Translations under genes and position numbers: made by a program
Notes under the pieces: generated by a model
Told to the model about the DNA's origin: nothing
Databases searched by the model: none
What the model saw: the letters and a program-made list of their open reading frames with translations, nothing else
Source: Raillietiella orientalis
Lineage: Eukaryota
DNA: 64,000 nucleotides
Reading direction: 5' to 3'
NCBI GenBank assembly: GCA_036172245.1
Contig: JAYWIR010000010.1
Coordinates: 1,302,001 to 1,366,000 of the forward strand
Part shown: positions 51,601 through 64,000 of the stretch, piece after piece
Numbering within the stretch: position 1 is the stretch's first letter
Layout: each line of letters starts with the position of its first letter

Positions 51601-53642
51601 CAAAGTGATCAAAGTGTAGCGTCGTCCAGTGGTCAGAAGGATTCCCTCACGATGTTCCTGAACATCTTGCAGCGGAGCCGACAACGCTGAAGCGCGCGTC
51701 GAGGAACAGACTGTGAAAGATGACAACCTTAGTTGGTACGAAGATGGTAACAGCAGATAGACTAAGAATTCGACCCTCCCCACTTACTAGTGATCCCCTC
51801 GAAAAGTGAGAACCACCACAACCCGTGCCGCTTCCTGTTTGACCCCCACGGCCCTCTGAACACGGAGGAGTCGCCGTGGAATAGCAGAACCCCCACCCCA
51901 GCTTCTTCGAAGAGGTTTTCTCAAGTGCTACATCTGGTGCGCTCCTAGGTTCAACGGACGAAAACATCCCACGACCATGAGTGACGTCCCGTCAAAGGAG
52001 ATCCGGCGTCCCAGAACACTCAACTCGCGAATGATGCTATGGATACCGCGAGTCGGCAATATCAGCTTCGTTTCCGTCCATTCTGTATACGAGCTCCCTC
52101 CAAAGGAGCAACCCTGTAACTTTTAAAGTAAAAAGAGACTTCAGAGAGAGATGTAAGGTACGGTGCGAAATGCCCAGAGGGAGCGAGCATGGCTGGAGTT
52201 GACGAAGCAACATCCAGACCAAGGAAAGGTGTAGGACGGTATCGTTCCTCCAGCTACTTCCTCACCACGGGGAGTATCTGCGATTCGCGGACTACCGCTT
52301 CATCCATGCAGCTAGGCCGAACTTGCTGCCAATCAGGGGCATGGCAAGAAGACCCCCAGCAGAAAGATGATTTCGCCGCTGTGTAACCTGGGACGAGACT
52401 CTGCCTCACATTTGGAATCATTTCATGAGGCACTCTCGTCTCTACGCAGCGAGAAGAGATAGCATGGCGAACAGGCTTTTGGCAGCAGCAGAAGACGCTG
52501 CAGGATGGCGGATAATGTGGTCGAACAAGAACGTTCCTGGGTGCAACTCCAGCCTGGTGCTGCAAAAGGCAAACCTGACTCCTCTCGACCGTTCGAGAAT
52601 ACTAAGGAAGCAAGATTGAGAAAGACGGGAAGTACCAGGACATAGCCTCGCAGCTCCAGAAGATGGGGCATCAGGCTGAAGTCAGAGCCGTAACCTTTCG
52701 TCGGCTCGTTAGGAACCTGAGATCTGCGAGACAGTGCAGTTCTTCGCGAGATGAGTATACCGAAATTGTGTGCAGAAAAAGATGAGGCATCTGACTGTGG
52801 CCTCCTGCGCACAGCACAGTACGGATGTTTACCAGACGCCCCGTCTCGTTCATCCTCCAGACCATTGTCTGGAGGATGACCGAGACGCAAAAGCAAAAGG
52901 AAAGAGAAGACATGAAGCAAAAGGAAGAGGCAAGCAAAGAAGATGAAGAGATGTAAAAAGGAATGTGCCTGTCACCAGTGGCATGGACCAAAAAAAAAAA
53001 AATGCTCGATCTGACCAAACAACATACCTAAGGTCATGCCCATGAAACTTAACACAGAAACAAGCATGTTGTTTCTGTGCTGTTCCGAATGCCGTGAGGA
53101 ATAGCCGTTCAACTGGCCATCCTCTGTTCCAGATGGATGGACACATGGCAAGAGCAGCTTGACCACTGGTGCCCGACGCACTTCGTTTCCATGCATTGAT
53201 TGCGTGCAATTGGTTTCCTTCCCTTGAACGAATTGCATTTCTCTTCCTGATTCGAATGATCTGCTTGACGAGAGACTTTTTCCGCTGAAACTTCCGGTTC
53301 GCGGGAAGGCTTTTGCCCTATTCTTGCGTGTGTGCCTTTGCATCCTCCTTTTCACCTCGCCCAACTTGTCTTTCGGATAATGGGAATCAGAGAAATGGAT
53401 ATGTTTTTGTTCTTGTTGTTGCTGTTAGAAAGAGATAGCTTGAATCTTTTTCAGTAGCGAAATCCGCATTTTCGCGAGGTTGCCGGGTGCAGAGGCTGCA
53501 GAGACCAGGGAACTCCCATCCCACTTACCTTTCCATCTTTCACACCTAGCGCGTGATCTTCCAGAACAACCACAGGGTTCTCGAGGTTGAGGGAATGGAT
53601 GAAGGTTCCGTACAGAAGCAGGGAATTCGGTTCAGATGCCAT
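45694..53642 (-). CDS. GDA: Guanine deaminase, ~451 aa; exons 53642-53529, 48402-48287, 48205-48034, 47753-47535, 47012-46905, 46823-46716, 46647-46482, 46096-45947, 45896-45694
   Basis: GTFIHS, PGFVDCHLHAPQY, LLEWLKKYTFPLE, GTTTACYFAT, PVITPRF, QSHVSE, LAHGV, AHCPNSN, GLGTDISGG, GDDRNIVRVYVAG. All introns GT-AG; 1356 nt in frame. Start codon chosen among several in-frame ATGs. Confidence 0.96.
47263..47502 (+). repeat. ~240 bp purine-rich direct repeat, copy 2 (in GDA intron 4)
   Basis: Same alignment as copy 1 at 44493-44721. Confidence 0.85.
51574..51619 (+). pseudogene. U2 snRNA 5' fragment (first ~37 nt, with a short internal duplication)
   Basis: atcgtttctcggccctttggcttagctcaaagtgatcaaagtgtag versus the U2 5' end ATCGCTTCTCGGCCTT.TGGCTAAGATCAAAGTGTAG. 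The rest of U2 does not follow. Confidence 0.8.
51620..52640 (+). mobile_element. Internally deleted Utopia-like (U2-targeting) non-LTR retrotransposon in GDA intron 1
   Basis: Abuts the U2 fragment after GTGTAG. DETLPHIWNHFMRHSRLYAARRD (~52390-52460) is a decayed zinc-knuckle/RHD motif, followed by NKNVPG. Confidence 0.65.
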
Positions 53643-54431
53643 CTCCGTGAATCCTGGAATCATGAGGGGAGTGGAAGGCGTAGAAAATGGCATTTGGCGA
53701 AACACATGAGTAGAGAGAAAAAAAAAAAAAAGCTTCTACAGCAGGGAAACAGCGCAACAGCGGTTCAGGTCTTGCAAGAGATGCATCCCAAACTTAGGAT
53801 ATGCTTGGTGACAGTACTGTGCGTTCAGTCCTCATCGAATCATTACAGAATGGAATTCGGAATAGTCTACGAAACATGCAAATTCTAATGGGATGACCAC
53901 GTGTTCCTGTGAACAGCTGGATTCTTTGGCTTCAATGAGGGATCTAGCAGAGCGTTTTTTCGAAACACCAACTGTCTCCGGTGGCTGGACCTTCGAGAGT
54001 TTACGAGTGAACGAAGGAGTTCAGCATTGAGTCTCCCTGCCTACACCGCAAAGACCGTAGCCTCCAGCAGCCCTCCTATTTTATGGTACCTAACAAAAGG
54101 AAAGGAAAAAAATTCCTTTCTTTGAGATGATGCTACAGATGTTCCACGTGCCTCTCCGCAACCAGCAATGTCCTTCTCGTGCTTTCGCAAATGTGAGGAT
54201 CGGATCTTCCCAGAGAGCTGCGAGTTCAAAGGCAGGTCGCGAGCAGTACCCTCTTGACCCCAGAGCATTCTCGTGCTTTCCGACTCGCAAATAGTAGTGA
54301 CTTTTAATATCTGCTTTTCCTTCCATATCTACATGTTGTCTGCTTTTAAATGAAGCTGAATAAGGAAAACGCGCCATTAGCGAAAGGGGGAGGTCCTTGA
54401 TGGAAATTTTTCTTCTTACAAATTACCGTAA

Positions 54432-55642
54432 AACGGAACCCTCCTACAACACGGTTTCTCTCTAACACGATCAGAGAAATTACGGGAACCCTCGTAGAAG
54501 AACACGGCCCTTCTACGACAGGATAAGGCGATTTTTATTCAACACATTTAGAAAACTATATTACACACTATGTACACACATATCGATGGCCCCAACTACA
54601 GCAAGAGCTTAAGTGTACATACACTACACTCAACGCCTTTGTACGGCTGACCACCTATTTGTGCGTACATAAAAGCAATCGGGGGAATACCCGAATTTTA
54701 TTATGTCAACAACCTCAAGGTCATTACAATGGATCTCAGACAAAACTGATTCGAAAGCTGTTGATGTAAAGGAGACTTTGGAAGTTATTTTCAATTGAAC
54801 ATTGCATCGACGTCATATCCTTATCGCCGAAAGAAACCGAAAAAGTCCGCATGCTGGAAGAAGGTGTGGCCAGCGTCGGTTGAAATGGGAAACGTGCTTG
54901 GATCATCAGAAAATGGCGTCGTATTAGAACTTGCAAGCCGGAGGAGAAGGTTTTGAGGACATGGCTGTGGAGGACGTCCAAGATGTATATGTGGAAGAAG
55001 AAATTGGCGAGGAGGATTTGGCTAGTGAATCGAATTGAATCTGAGGATGGTGATCATCGGTGAAGAGTGCGAAGTTAATGATTTTACATTAAAGATACCA
55101 CAGGAAGGACTAAGCATAGGCGAGAAGCTAGAATCGTTTTTCTTGGATCCTTCCGCTGAAAGAAGCCGAAAATTCAAAAGGGGAGCTGGAAAGCTGATCA
55201 TCTCCATACCACGAAATCTACAAGGACCTTGGTAAGGACAAGCAAGCAGACCAAAATCACTGCTTTTTTAAACAGGACAGAAGGTACACGAAATCTTAGT
55301 ACTGAAAGTGAAGATGATATTGTCCGATCGGAAAAACGTTCTCATTTCATGGTACTGAGAAGCGATGAAGAAGAAAACTATTAAATGAAGGCTGTATAAT
55401 GAAACGAAAATAGTTTATATGTATTTACGTATATTTTTTTTTTGGTCTACGTTTCGCGTTACACATGTACTAGTATGCCTAATGAAAATGAACTTGAAAA
55501 ATTATTTGTCTTCAATAGTTCTTGGAACGTAGCCCCCTCCCCCCCCTTTTTTTTGTACTGGCTCCTAGTCTCATATGACACGGTTTCACACAGCACGCTA
55601 TTTTGTAGGAAAGTATCTACCGTGTTATAGGAGGGCTGCCTG
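54432..55642 (+). mobile_element. Internally deleted Tigger/pogo DNA transposon with frameshifted transposase C-terminus
   Basis: Imperfect TIRs ccctcctacaacacgg (54439-54454) and ccgtgttataggagggctgcctg (55620-55642). Cross-frame translation WKLFSIEHCIDVI, ACWKKVWP, GGEGFEDM, DPSAERSRKFKR, PYHEIYKDL, KQTKITAF is typical of TIGD1/Tigger. Confidence 0.8.
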
Positions 55643-58600
55643 TGCATGGATTTTTGGCCACCACCAAGTCAAGTTCTTGCTTCAGGGCGACAACAAGCCT
55701 TTGCTCGAAATGACCTTTACGTCAACTGCTGGAGTTTGCAATCTCAGTTCTCAACTCCTTCGCTCACCCACAGCTGTTCCTTCGAGACCCTGGAAGCTCC
55801 CAAACAGCCAGCGGACCCTACAAGGAGGATTAGGGTGCTCGCGATCGTGTAGGCATATGTAAATGACGATCGCATCAGCAGTTCAAACTCCGAAAATATT
55901 TGAACTGGCAGCATCAAAAACTAAGTATTTGTTTTTTTTTTTTTTCCAAAAAAGAATCAACAGTTAACGAAAAGAATAGTTTGAAGCTATCATTTTAGCA
56001 ACGGTTTCCCCCCAAAGTGCGTGGAATAGGTGTAGGCAGTTGGAAACGGAAAATGAATTCCTTGTCATTACTTTCTCTGCCTTAGATTTACTGAAGGTGC
56101 ACTTCCTTGGACTATTCATCCAAAATTTTTTTTCAAATAAACTCATGGGCATGTTTTATAGATGTTCATTCGTTTACCTGCGCGCGTAACACCCTTCACC
56201 CACAACTACACTTTAATTAGTGGGAAAAATAGGAACGGTTTTGCAAAGCCGATTCCTCCCCCCTCCCCACGAACATTCTTATGCATTCTTTTCTTTTCTT
56301 TTTCATGTGATAAACCCTGCCATCTGCATTTTATTTCATGTACACGCATGTTTCATAGCTCGGTACCATTGTACAGTGGTGCGTTTCCCAGTGAACACAC
56401 CCTCCCTGGAAACATTGCATCGTCGTCTCCATCGAATTTCGCGGGGGGTATCGGAAAGATGAAAAGAAAATGTGGCCGTAAAGAGTTTGCATCTTCCAGA
56501 GAGCTAAACTTTTCACTCGGCAGGCTGTCTCTAACAGGCGCGCAGCTTAGTTTGAGGCACATTTCAATGTGCCTCAAACTAAGCTGAGACAACACGCAGA
56601 TGAGCTTCTATGATGACACGAGAGAAATACAGATCCAGGTACGGCGCTCTGTCGACATGGACCTACGCTTTACATCAAAAGGTCCCGGGTAAGCCCTGCG
56701 TGAGCCCTTCGTCGTCAATGACTCCCTCCTTTTCTCTCCACCTACAGAGTGCGCTGCCGACGTGGCCCCATCGGGGATCGATGCATTTCCGTGTAACTTG
56801 ACCTCCGCGAGAACAAAGTAAGGGTGAGCCCTGCCCGCGAAAGTCAGGGCAGGACTTTTTTTTTTTTTTTTTTTTTACAACGTCGGACGAGCGACTGTCC
56901 CTAGCGGGAGTGGGCGCTACGATAACGCGCGCCGAACTCGCTCTGAACGTCTTCGCGCGTTAACCGTCGTGAAGTCGACCCATCGGGAATGACAGTTGTG
57001 ATGACTCCAGCAAGGAACTCTCCACAGGCCACTGGAAGTTGATTGCGAATTTCGAGGGGGTGGTTTCCCGATGGAATCCGACTGCAGAATCTCCACCCTT
57101 TCATTTTACGTGGAATGGATTTTTCGTTGTGGTGTACAGATGCGCAAGAGCCCAAACCTAGTCAAGTACGCTGTGGTCGAACTGATGCGAATTTTGTTTG
57201 GTCCAGCCGATGTTAATGGTAGGGGACATAACATGTACGAACCCTCCTTCCCATGGTTGTGACAAGAAGCGGATCTTCAAAGCCACGTGTAGATCCCCCC
57301 CCCCCTCTTGAAATTGAAACATAGTAATAATAATAGTAATGAATAACTGCAAAGTGAGCACTGAACAATGATAGAGCATAAGCTCGGGAGCAACTTACCA
57401 GGTCAACCGCTCGGAGCAATGACGATCAACGCACTCTTTCGGTTGGAACGATCGGTGGTTGCGGTGCCGTCCAGAGAAGCGCGCGATGCGACGCCGCATC
57501 TCTTTGAGGGTTGATTTCGGAGCTCGGAATCGAAAGATGCGCGTGGAAGTCCAATACGTCATTCTTTTTTTTTTTTCTTTTCGTTTTTTTTAACGGGATG
57601 CCGATGCCCGTGGGTACGAGTCGTACAGATGAAGTGGAGAGGGAAGAGAGGGCGGGAGAGCTATTACAGGAAGGACGTTCGCCTCCAGGTCTTTCAACCG
57701 ACCACTCTGGCATGCATAGGGCTTCTGGCTAAACGTCATACGCGCAAAATTCTTTCCAAACTAAAAAATGATTTACTCGAAGTTGTTGCAGTAGAACAGG
57801 GCAGAAAGGGCTAAACTGCTTGCTGGCTGGGATTGCGCTTTGTGTAAGAAAAACGTTTTTTACAATCAAAGGAGTCATCTAACGGTGTTGAGACGGGAGG
57901 GAGAGGGGGAAGAAAATTACCAGAACCTACCAGGAACGTCGATAGTTTGGCTTACTTAATCGATTAGATCTTTCCGGAAAAGTCATGAAGGGAAATTCCG
58001 GTGGAGACACCAAATGAAAGCACAGCTGACCACCCAGTCGCGCGCCAAGGCGTTGTTCTGCATATGCCAAAAAAAAAAAAAAAAAATGCCCTAGCAAATA
58101 TACAGCTGTGAAAAATGAGTTCCCCACAGGCATAACAGGGTGAACGAGTACATGGTGGTGGGTGGAACCGAGCCTTAAGCGTAAGAGAACAGATCAACAT
58201 GACTAGAGGGATACGCAAAACAACAACAGCAACAACAAGAAAGAACATCCGGAAACACATAGAGGAAAAACCATTCCAGAAAAAACAGCGTAGCACTTGA
58301 AATTGACAAGCGAAGAAGAGTCCACAGAAAATCAATGTGCAGTAAGACTATAAAGAAGGAAGCCGGATGGAAGACTTCATGAATGGTCAGGAATGTCTGT
58401 GATGCCGAGGAAGGGCTCTCGAGCATGCGAGTGCTGACAGGAAGCCAACTTTCAGGGCTTCGACGATCTTCTCCCAACGCAACGGTCGTCGATCCGCGGA
58501 TTCATCCCCCATATCAAAGGAATGGCGTACACGTCCAGCGCTTACGAACCGATCATCTCAGCTTCGACTCTCCATCTTTCGTATTCGCTTAGCTCAAAGG

Positions 58601-60149
58601 ATAACCGCACTCATCAAACAAGGCTGCTAGGGGATACTAAAAGAATAAAGGGATGAAAAGGGGGATGAGTAGGTACAGCGAAACATTCCATGGAGATGAC
58701 TTGGTCTTGAGTGGAACATGATTCCACAGACTGTGGCTGACTAAAGAGAACGCTAGAGAAATCCCAGCAGCTCTACGCACTTTTTATCTAATCTGCTGGA
58801 ACAGGTCAAGGTCAATCTCGCTCATAATAATGAGTTTGTGGGAGAGGTGAGGATTAGTACAGGAATCCTTCAAGAATCGGACCTCACCCTTTTGTCTTTT
58901 GAATGTCTATGTATGTATGTATGTATCACCCCGTGTGTGGGACCTCTATGCACACAGCCCAATGCCACTGCAGACCACTGAGAGCAACAGTAAGTCACCG
59001 AAACAGTGATTTTCCTTTGACAACTCGAAGGGGAAGGATGGGAAAACTCAAGACTTGAGGGAAATCGCCGGGATGTGCAAGTGCTGGGACAAAGTTGCAA
59101 AATCTGTAACGGATTCTCTTATGCTTGAAAAAAAGCGCAAAACACCTCGAAGGCACGGAATATCACAGATGGTCCCGGAAGCTCAAACGGCTTCAAGAAC
59201 GAAGGAAGGGCAAAAAAAAAAAAAGAATCGCAGGTGAATGGATGCAAAAGATCGAGAATTTCCATGTGCTCAAAATCAAACCAAAGCTACTCACGCGGGC
59301 GAATGAATTTGCCACGGGCACCTTCGGTTTCCTCACTGACTTGGGTGCTTCCAACGGTGGACGAGCCGTGCAAACCTTGCTGAGGAAGTTTGCAGTCCTT
59401 AACAGAGCTTGTAGGGTTTATCTTCAACCCGCCAAAGCGGAAAGATTGTATCTATAGCAGGGATTAGCCAACACTGGGTCCAAGGCTGAGAGATGCTCTC
59501 GAGGGGCTTAGGAGCCTCGAAGGGAAAATTATCTAGCATGCGGCAGATGAGAAATCAGCAGAGAGAGTGGGCGGAACCGCTCTGGGAGCAAAGCAGGATA
59601 TTACAGGGCAAAGTTCGTTGCTGGAAGGACGATCACGAATACTCCGTTTTCCCACTAAGGTTATCCTCACCAAATAGAGTTATCCCCGTTGGAAGACGCA
59701 GATTCATTGATGCTTCAGAATCTGGAACGCTCCTATAGATAGCATGCGTGCGCTTAGGTATTGATCTGCTTCAAGTTTTCAGCATCAGCAGTGCCAGGTG
59801 CAAACTGTTTGCTTCGAACGTGTTTCAAATGATAATGCTGAAAGCTCTTCTCCATGCTAGTACAACTGAATGTGAAAAGAAATACAAAAAGGGGTGGAGG
59901 GGGAAAAAAAAAAGAAAAAAAGGAAAAACATGACAGCGAAGAGTGGCAATCTTGCAAGTTTGTGGAGAAAACTGCCATCCACTTTTTAATAAAGAACTCC
60001 GCAGTCAAAAGGAAAATGCTTTACCAGGTAAATTTGAACATGATTTATATTGGAAATTTAAAAAAAAAAAAAAAAAAGCAGCTAAAAATATATGACTACG
60101 TTGCAGAGGGCAGAGTGCACGATTAACAACCGGGATCCAAAACATGACA

Positions 60150-60620
60150 ACTTTTGGAGAATGATCCTTTGAATGTTCACGCAGCCAGCTCCATTAAAAA
60201 TATAAATCTTTCCCTTGATCCATACAATCAGCTCTGCAGATGGAGCATTGAGATGGAGAGCACCCTGATACGAAACTCATTCCCAATAAAATGTGGTTCT
60301 TTCGGTTATATGTATGATAAATTTAATCCATATGCTATTTCCCGCCTTCAAAGGCAATCCATCAGAGGACTCTTTGATGTTCCCCACACCGTTCCCTCTG
60401 CCGTCCCAGAATTTATAGAGACCAAGAATTTTCGGAGCCATTTTCAAAATAAAATAATAAATTTTCTTGTTCCCAGAAGGACAAGCGGCGGGGTGAGTTC
60501 ATTCGCAACTTTAATCACAATTACCGCCATTATTAACTACTTCGATTGCACTACAAATGCCACCGTGCACGCTGTTTTAGTGTCTTTTTACTGTCGCGAT
60601 CGGGCTCATGTTTTTCTGGA
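60150..60620 (+). mobile_element. Possible decayed CR1/L2/Jockey-type RT fragment
   Basis: S..ATLITITAIINYFD....VHAVLVSF resembles the segment leading into RT domain 3. Confidence 0.3.
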
Positions 60621-60649
60621 TGGGGTCAATAGGGGATGGCGGGCATTTT

Positions 60650-63600
60650 CTTAATTTGGGCAGCATCCGCAATCCTCTTCAGGATGTAAAGGTATGTCCA
60701 GGAGTATGCACTCTGCCACACTTCCTGATCCCGGTTTCTCTCTGGATTGCATCTCGTAGGATTTCAATCGCAGGCGCCATTCTGCTGGAGGTCCGCATTT
60801 TTGCTCTCCTGATCACGATGCTCGTGATGAAGAGAAACACACTGGACAGGCAGCTGCCAAGATGACCTCTTTCGAGACGTGTGGGGACAGGGGAACCCAG
60901 CTCCACGTTCTCACCCGCTCGACACTACGCCAGGACTGGAGGACGCTGAAGGCGATGACGAGCCTGCAGACGACGACGACCATGGAGATCCTGGCGGAGA
61001 TGTTCTACGTCCCATGATCTGCACTACCATTGCCCTCTGGATCTACTCGGGATGCCTCCGTGGTAGAATATGAGGAGTTCACCCTGAGTGTAGGTCGCTC
61101 CTCCAGATTGTCTGTACAGACGCTAGCAGGTTCGCGTTGCGGAGCCCGAAACGATTGGCAGCTTTTTTGAGGGAATCATCTTTTTGGGTAGTCACGTTAC
61201 TTCCACTGATGAGGTACCATGCATCTGTTTTTCGTTTCTTCCAAAGTTCCCTATTCTTGTGAGCGAATTTTCCTATCGACCTCCTTGCTTAGCGATACGG
61301 TCGCATTTCGTGGCAATGGCCACCACTCATGGAGAACTAATCGCAGTCACGGTTGGTCATTCCTGGTCTTTGGAATATCCACTCCCGGGGGACCGGTATG
61401 AAATACGAGATAACCATTGCCAGTTCTTCCTGCTAAAGAACTTTGCTTCTCGGAACGATTTTGAATCGGTGAGTCGTCACTATTCCTCGATTCCTCTTTC
61501 GATGTGGGGTTGATGTTAACCCATTCTCCATGTTTGCCTATTAGTGCTGATATCAGACCACTCGAGTTGCTGACCAATTTCGTGTAGGGCTCTGTGCGCC
61601 CACGTAAGGCTGCTGGTCCCAGTAGTTGGTGAGATCCAGTAGCTGTCGCACAGCTATGCCCTCCATGGCTTGGTCCAGCGACTTCATTCTGGTCCCACCT
61701 TCCTTTCGCGAGCGGCATAAAACTTTGAGCCCAGCCCGTGGTTTGCGTCCTCTCCAGAAGATCTTCCTTTGAAGCTGTTCCATTTCCATCGGCAGAAGGC
61801 CTCTTTGAAGAGCACCTTGGGAAGAAGAACTTCATCTCACAAGTTGGCCCTCTGCTCCATGTTGAATTCCGCTCGGATGTCTTCGTCGCTTCTTCTCTGA
61901 CTTTTCTCATGGTTTCAGTTCACAACGCTTGCGAAGCCGAGGTTTCTCCGATGCGGATTCCCAGGTACTTAATTTCATCTACCACTAGGGTCTCCATATG
62001 AAACTTTTTTGTTAATATGAAAAGATTCAGAATTCCTCTGGGCAGCAGTTAAAACTTCATTGATTTTGAGATCCAGTCCTTTTTCCACTGACCTCACTAC
62101 TTCCAGAAGTGCGTGCTAATCCTTTTCGTTTTTCAGGAATAAGAGAGGTCCACATATGCTACATGAGTGAGACCGCTGCCTCCGATTGTGAGTCCTTGGA
62201 GACAGATCCTTTGGTAGACAATCGATAATACAGCTTCCACGTGGATGAAGAACAGCATTGGACTCGAGGAGTGTCCTTGATGGACTCCCCTTTCTGTCCG
62301 GATTGCCACCGTCTCATGTCCATTAATTCGGATTTCGAAGTAAGCATCTCTGAGGATCATCTGTACGTATTTCAGGAAGTACTGTGGAAAGCTTATCTTT
62401 TTCCAGATTCGCAGCAGCATCCCGCGGTCCACAGTATCGAGTGCCTTCTCCATGTCTGTCATGGCCAACACCAGGTTGTTGCCGACGTACCGGGGGTAGC
62501 CGATGGAGGCCTGGGAGCACTTCACATTGTCAGATATGCACGTCCAGACACGGCCCACGTCTGCGTCGTAGAAAATCAGCGACGGCAGGACCTTCTTCAC
62601 GCGGTGGGTCCAGATCTTTGCCAACCATTTGGTATCTGTGTTCAAGATTGAGAAGGGTGCTGCACCACTGCAATGACTTTCTTGAGATCGCCACTTTTCG
62701 GCAGCCACCACCTCCTACTTCCGTACAACGACTCCGAAAGCTTTCCTTCCTCTCGAATTCCGATGCTCGATTCTTGGAACAGACGCAAGTGGGCGTGTAG
62801 ACACCTCTGATAATGCAGATGGGAACACTGTCGGCACCCATCGCCACGTCTCTGTGCAGTTCCGCTAACGCCTCCTTGACTTCCTCGAAGGAGATATCCG
62901 ATCTTGACATCAGAAGAAGGTGACGTAGTAATCTTGGAACGCCCTCATGATCTCTTCCGACGTGTGCCTCACCTTCTGTCTACAGTCAATAGCGAAGATG
63001 TCGATGGCAATGTTTATCTTTTCTTGCACACCGATCTTCCTTTCACGTTGAGGAACACGTACCGCCTCTTGTATTGTTCCTAGTACCTTGAGAGGAAGCG
63101 ATCTTCGATGTTCAGCTCTCTATGCGCTTCTTGCCTCATCTTCCCACATCCAAACTGCCAATTGCAGAACTTGTGGATAGTATGCTTCAGTCTGTCCCAA
63201 CTGTCGATGCAGAGGATGGTAGTGTACCCCAGAATCGTTTCGACGAGTTGCTGGTAGCTGGGAATTGTTTTGAACCAGGCGGACAAGGTGAGTAGTTCTG
63301 TTGTTTTGCCTGTCTGCTTCCGAGTGTGCGATTTTCAGGATGAACCGCAGCACGGGGTGGTCCGGCAGCAATGTCTGCATGTCTCAGAATCCCTGGATGC
63401 GGTTGGCGAGTTCTTGACTGTGTAGGAAGTGGCCGATCGGCTTGTGGCGGCTGTTAGCCACAGAAGTCCTAACTCTCGGACAGCTGTCGATACGACGTCC
63501 TGCCTTGGGCATTGGCGCACTGAAAGATGGTATCCAGGACACTGAAGTCGCCCATGACAAGAACGATATCCTTCGGTGTGACCTTGCTGCGCAGAAGATT

Positions 63601-63993
63601 CTGCACTGCCTCCGCATACCGGTGTTTTCCTCGGTGTGGTTCGTACACGTTCACCAGGAAGAGGTGCGCGCTTCCGGACTAGAACATGCGAAGTGCGACG
63701 ATGTAGCCAGACCATGGAGGAAGGGTTTCCAGGATGGTATTCGCGAGCTCTTTCTTCACGAGGGTCTCCATCCCCTTCGTCTACCTCTCGCCCAGACCCA
63801 CGAGCAGCTGGGTGTCCAACCGTCGTTCGAGCACCAGGCAGATTTGGTTGCCTGCCTCGTGTATTTCCTGCAGGCACACGATATCGTCACGCTGTATGGT
63901 GCGCGTGATGCGTCTTCTTCTCTGCTGGTTCGCCATACCGTTGTTCCAGGAAGCTATTTCGATGCTCCTAGCGATCGACAGGAAGGAGGCCAT
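60650..63993 (-). mobile_element. Decayed L1/Tx1-clade LINE ORF2 (AP endonuclease, RT, C-terminal Cys motif)
   Basis: IASWN, DIVCLQE, LVNVY.P, MGDF, DHPVL (endonuclease); ILNTDTKWLAKI, DMEKALDTVD, RGVHQG...SPMLF, AYVDL, KYLGI (RT). Many stops and frameshifts. Element probably continues past the window end. Confidence 0.9.
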
Positions 63994-64000
63994 CGGGGAT

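Noticed and set aside
55035..55235. ORF ending AKFKR..GKLIISIP-like, suggestive of a PIH1/CS domain
   Set aside because: Adjacent frames and flanking TIRs show it is a frameshifted Tigger transposase C-terminus.
58680..58910. RT-like words (ISTGILQ on +, LWNHVP on -)
   Set aside because: Conflicting strands and very short matches; ambiguous.
1..64000. CRISPR arrays, rRNA, tRNA, prokaryotic operons
   Set aside because: None seen; the sequence is spliced eukaryotic DNA and no regularly spaced repeat array or cloverleaf was found by eye.

Overview
Eukaryotic (invertebrate animal, probably ecdysozoan) genomic DNA with spliced genes, many 44-50 nt introns and decayed transposons; no prokaryotic features. 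Five host genes can be reconstructed: an SDR9C-type short-chain dehydrogenase (+, 1082-6476), HAP40/F8A (-, 15028-16902), NDUFAF1/CIA30 (+, 23742-25142), a compact ETAA1-like gene (-, main exon 31466-32526) and guanine deaminase (-, 45694-53642). The dominant structure is a ~5.4 kb near-perfect inverted repeat (623-6001 / 9395-14771) around a 3.4 kb spacer. Both arms carry the 5' half of the SDR gene up to its catalytic YxxxK motif, and the single 3' half sits in the spacer, which is the geometry of an invertible cassette. The arms are also much richer in GC/CpG than their outer flanks, suggesting an old palindrome kept homogeneous by gene conversion. The window also holds a U2 snRNA 5' fragment fused to a Utopia-like retroelement remnant, a nest of RLE-type non-LTR fragments, a deleted Tigger/pogo element and a decayed L1/Tx1 LINE. 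GC values are by-eye estimates and homology calls come from remembered motifs, not database searches.
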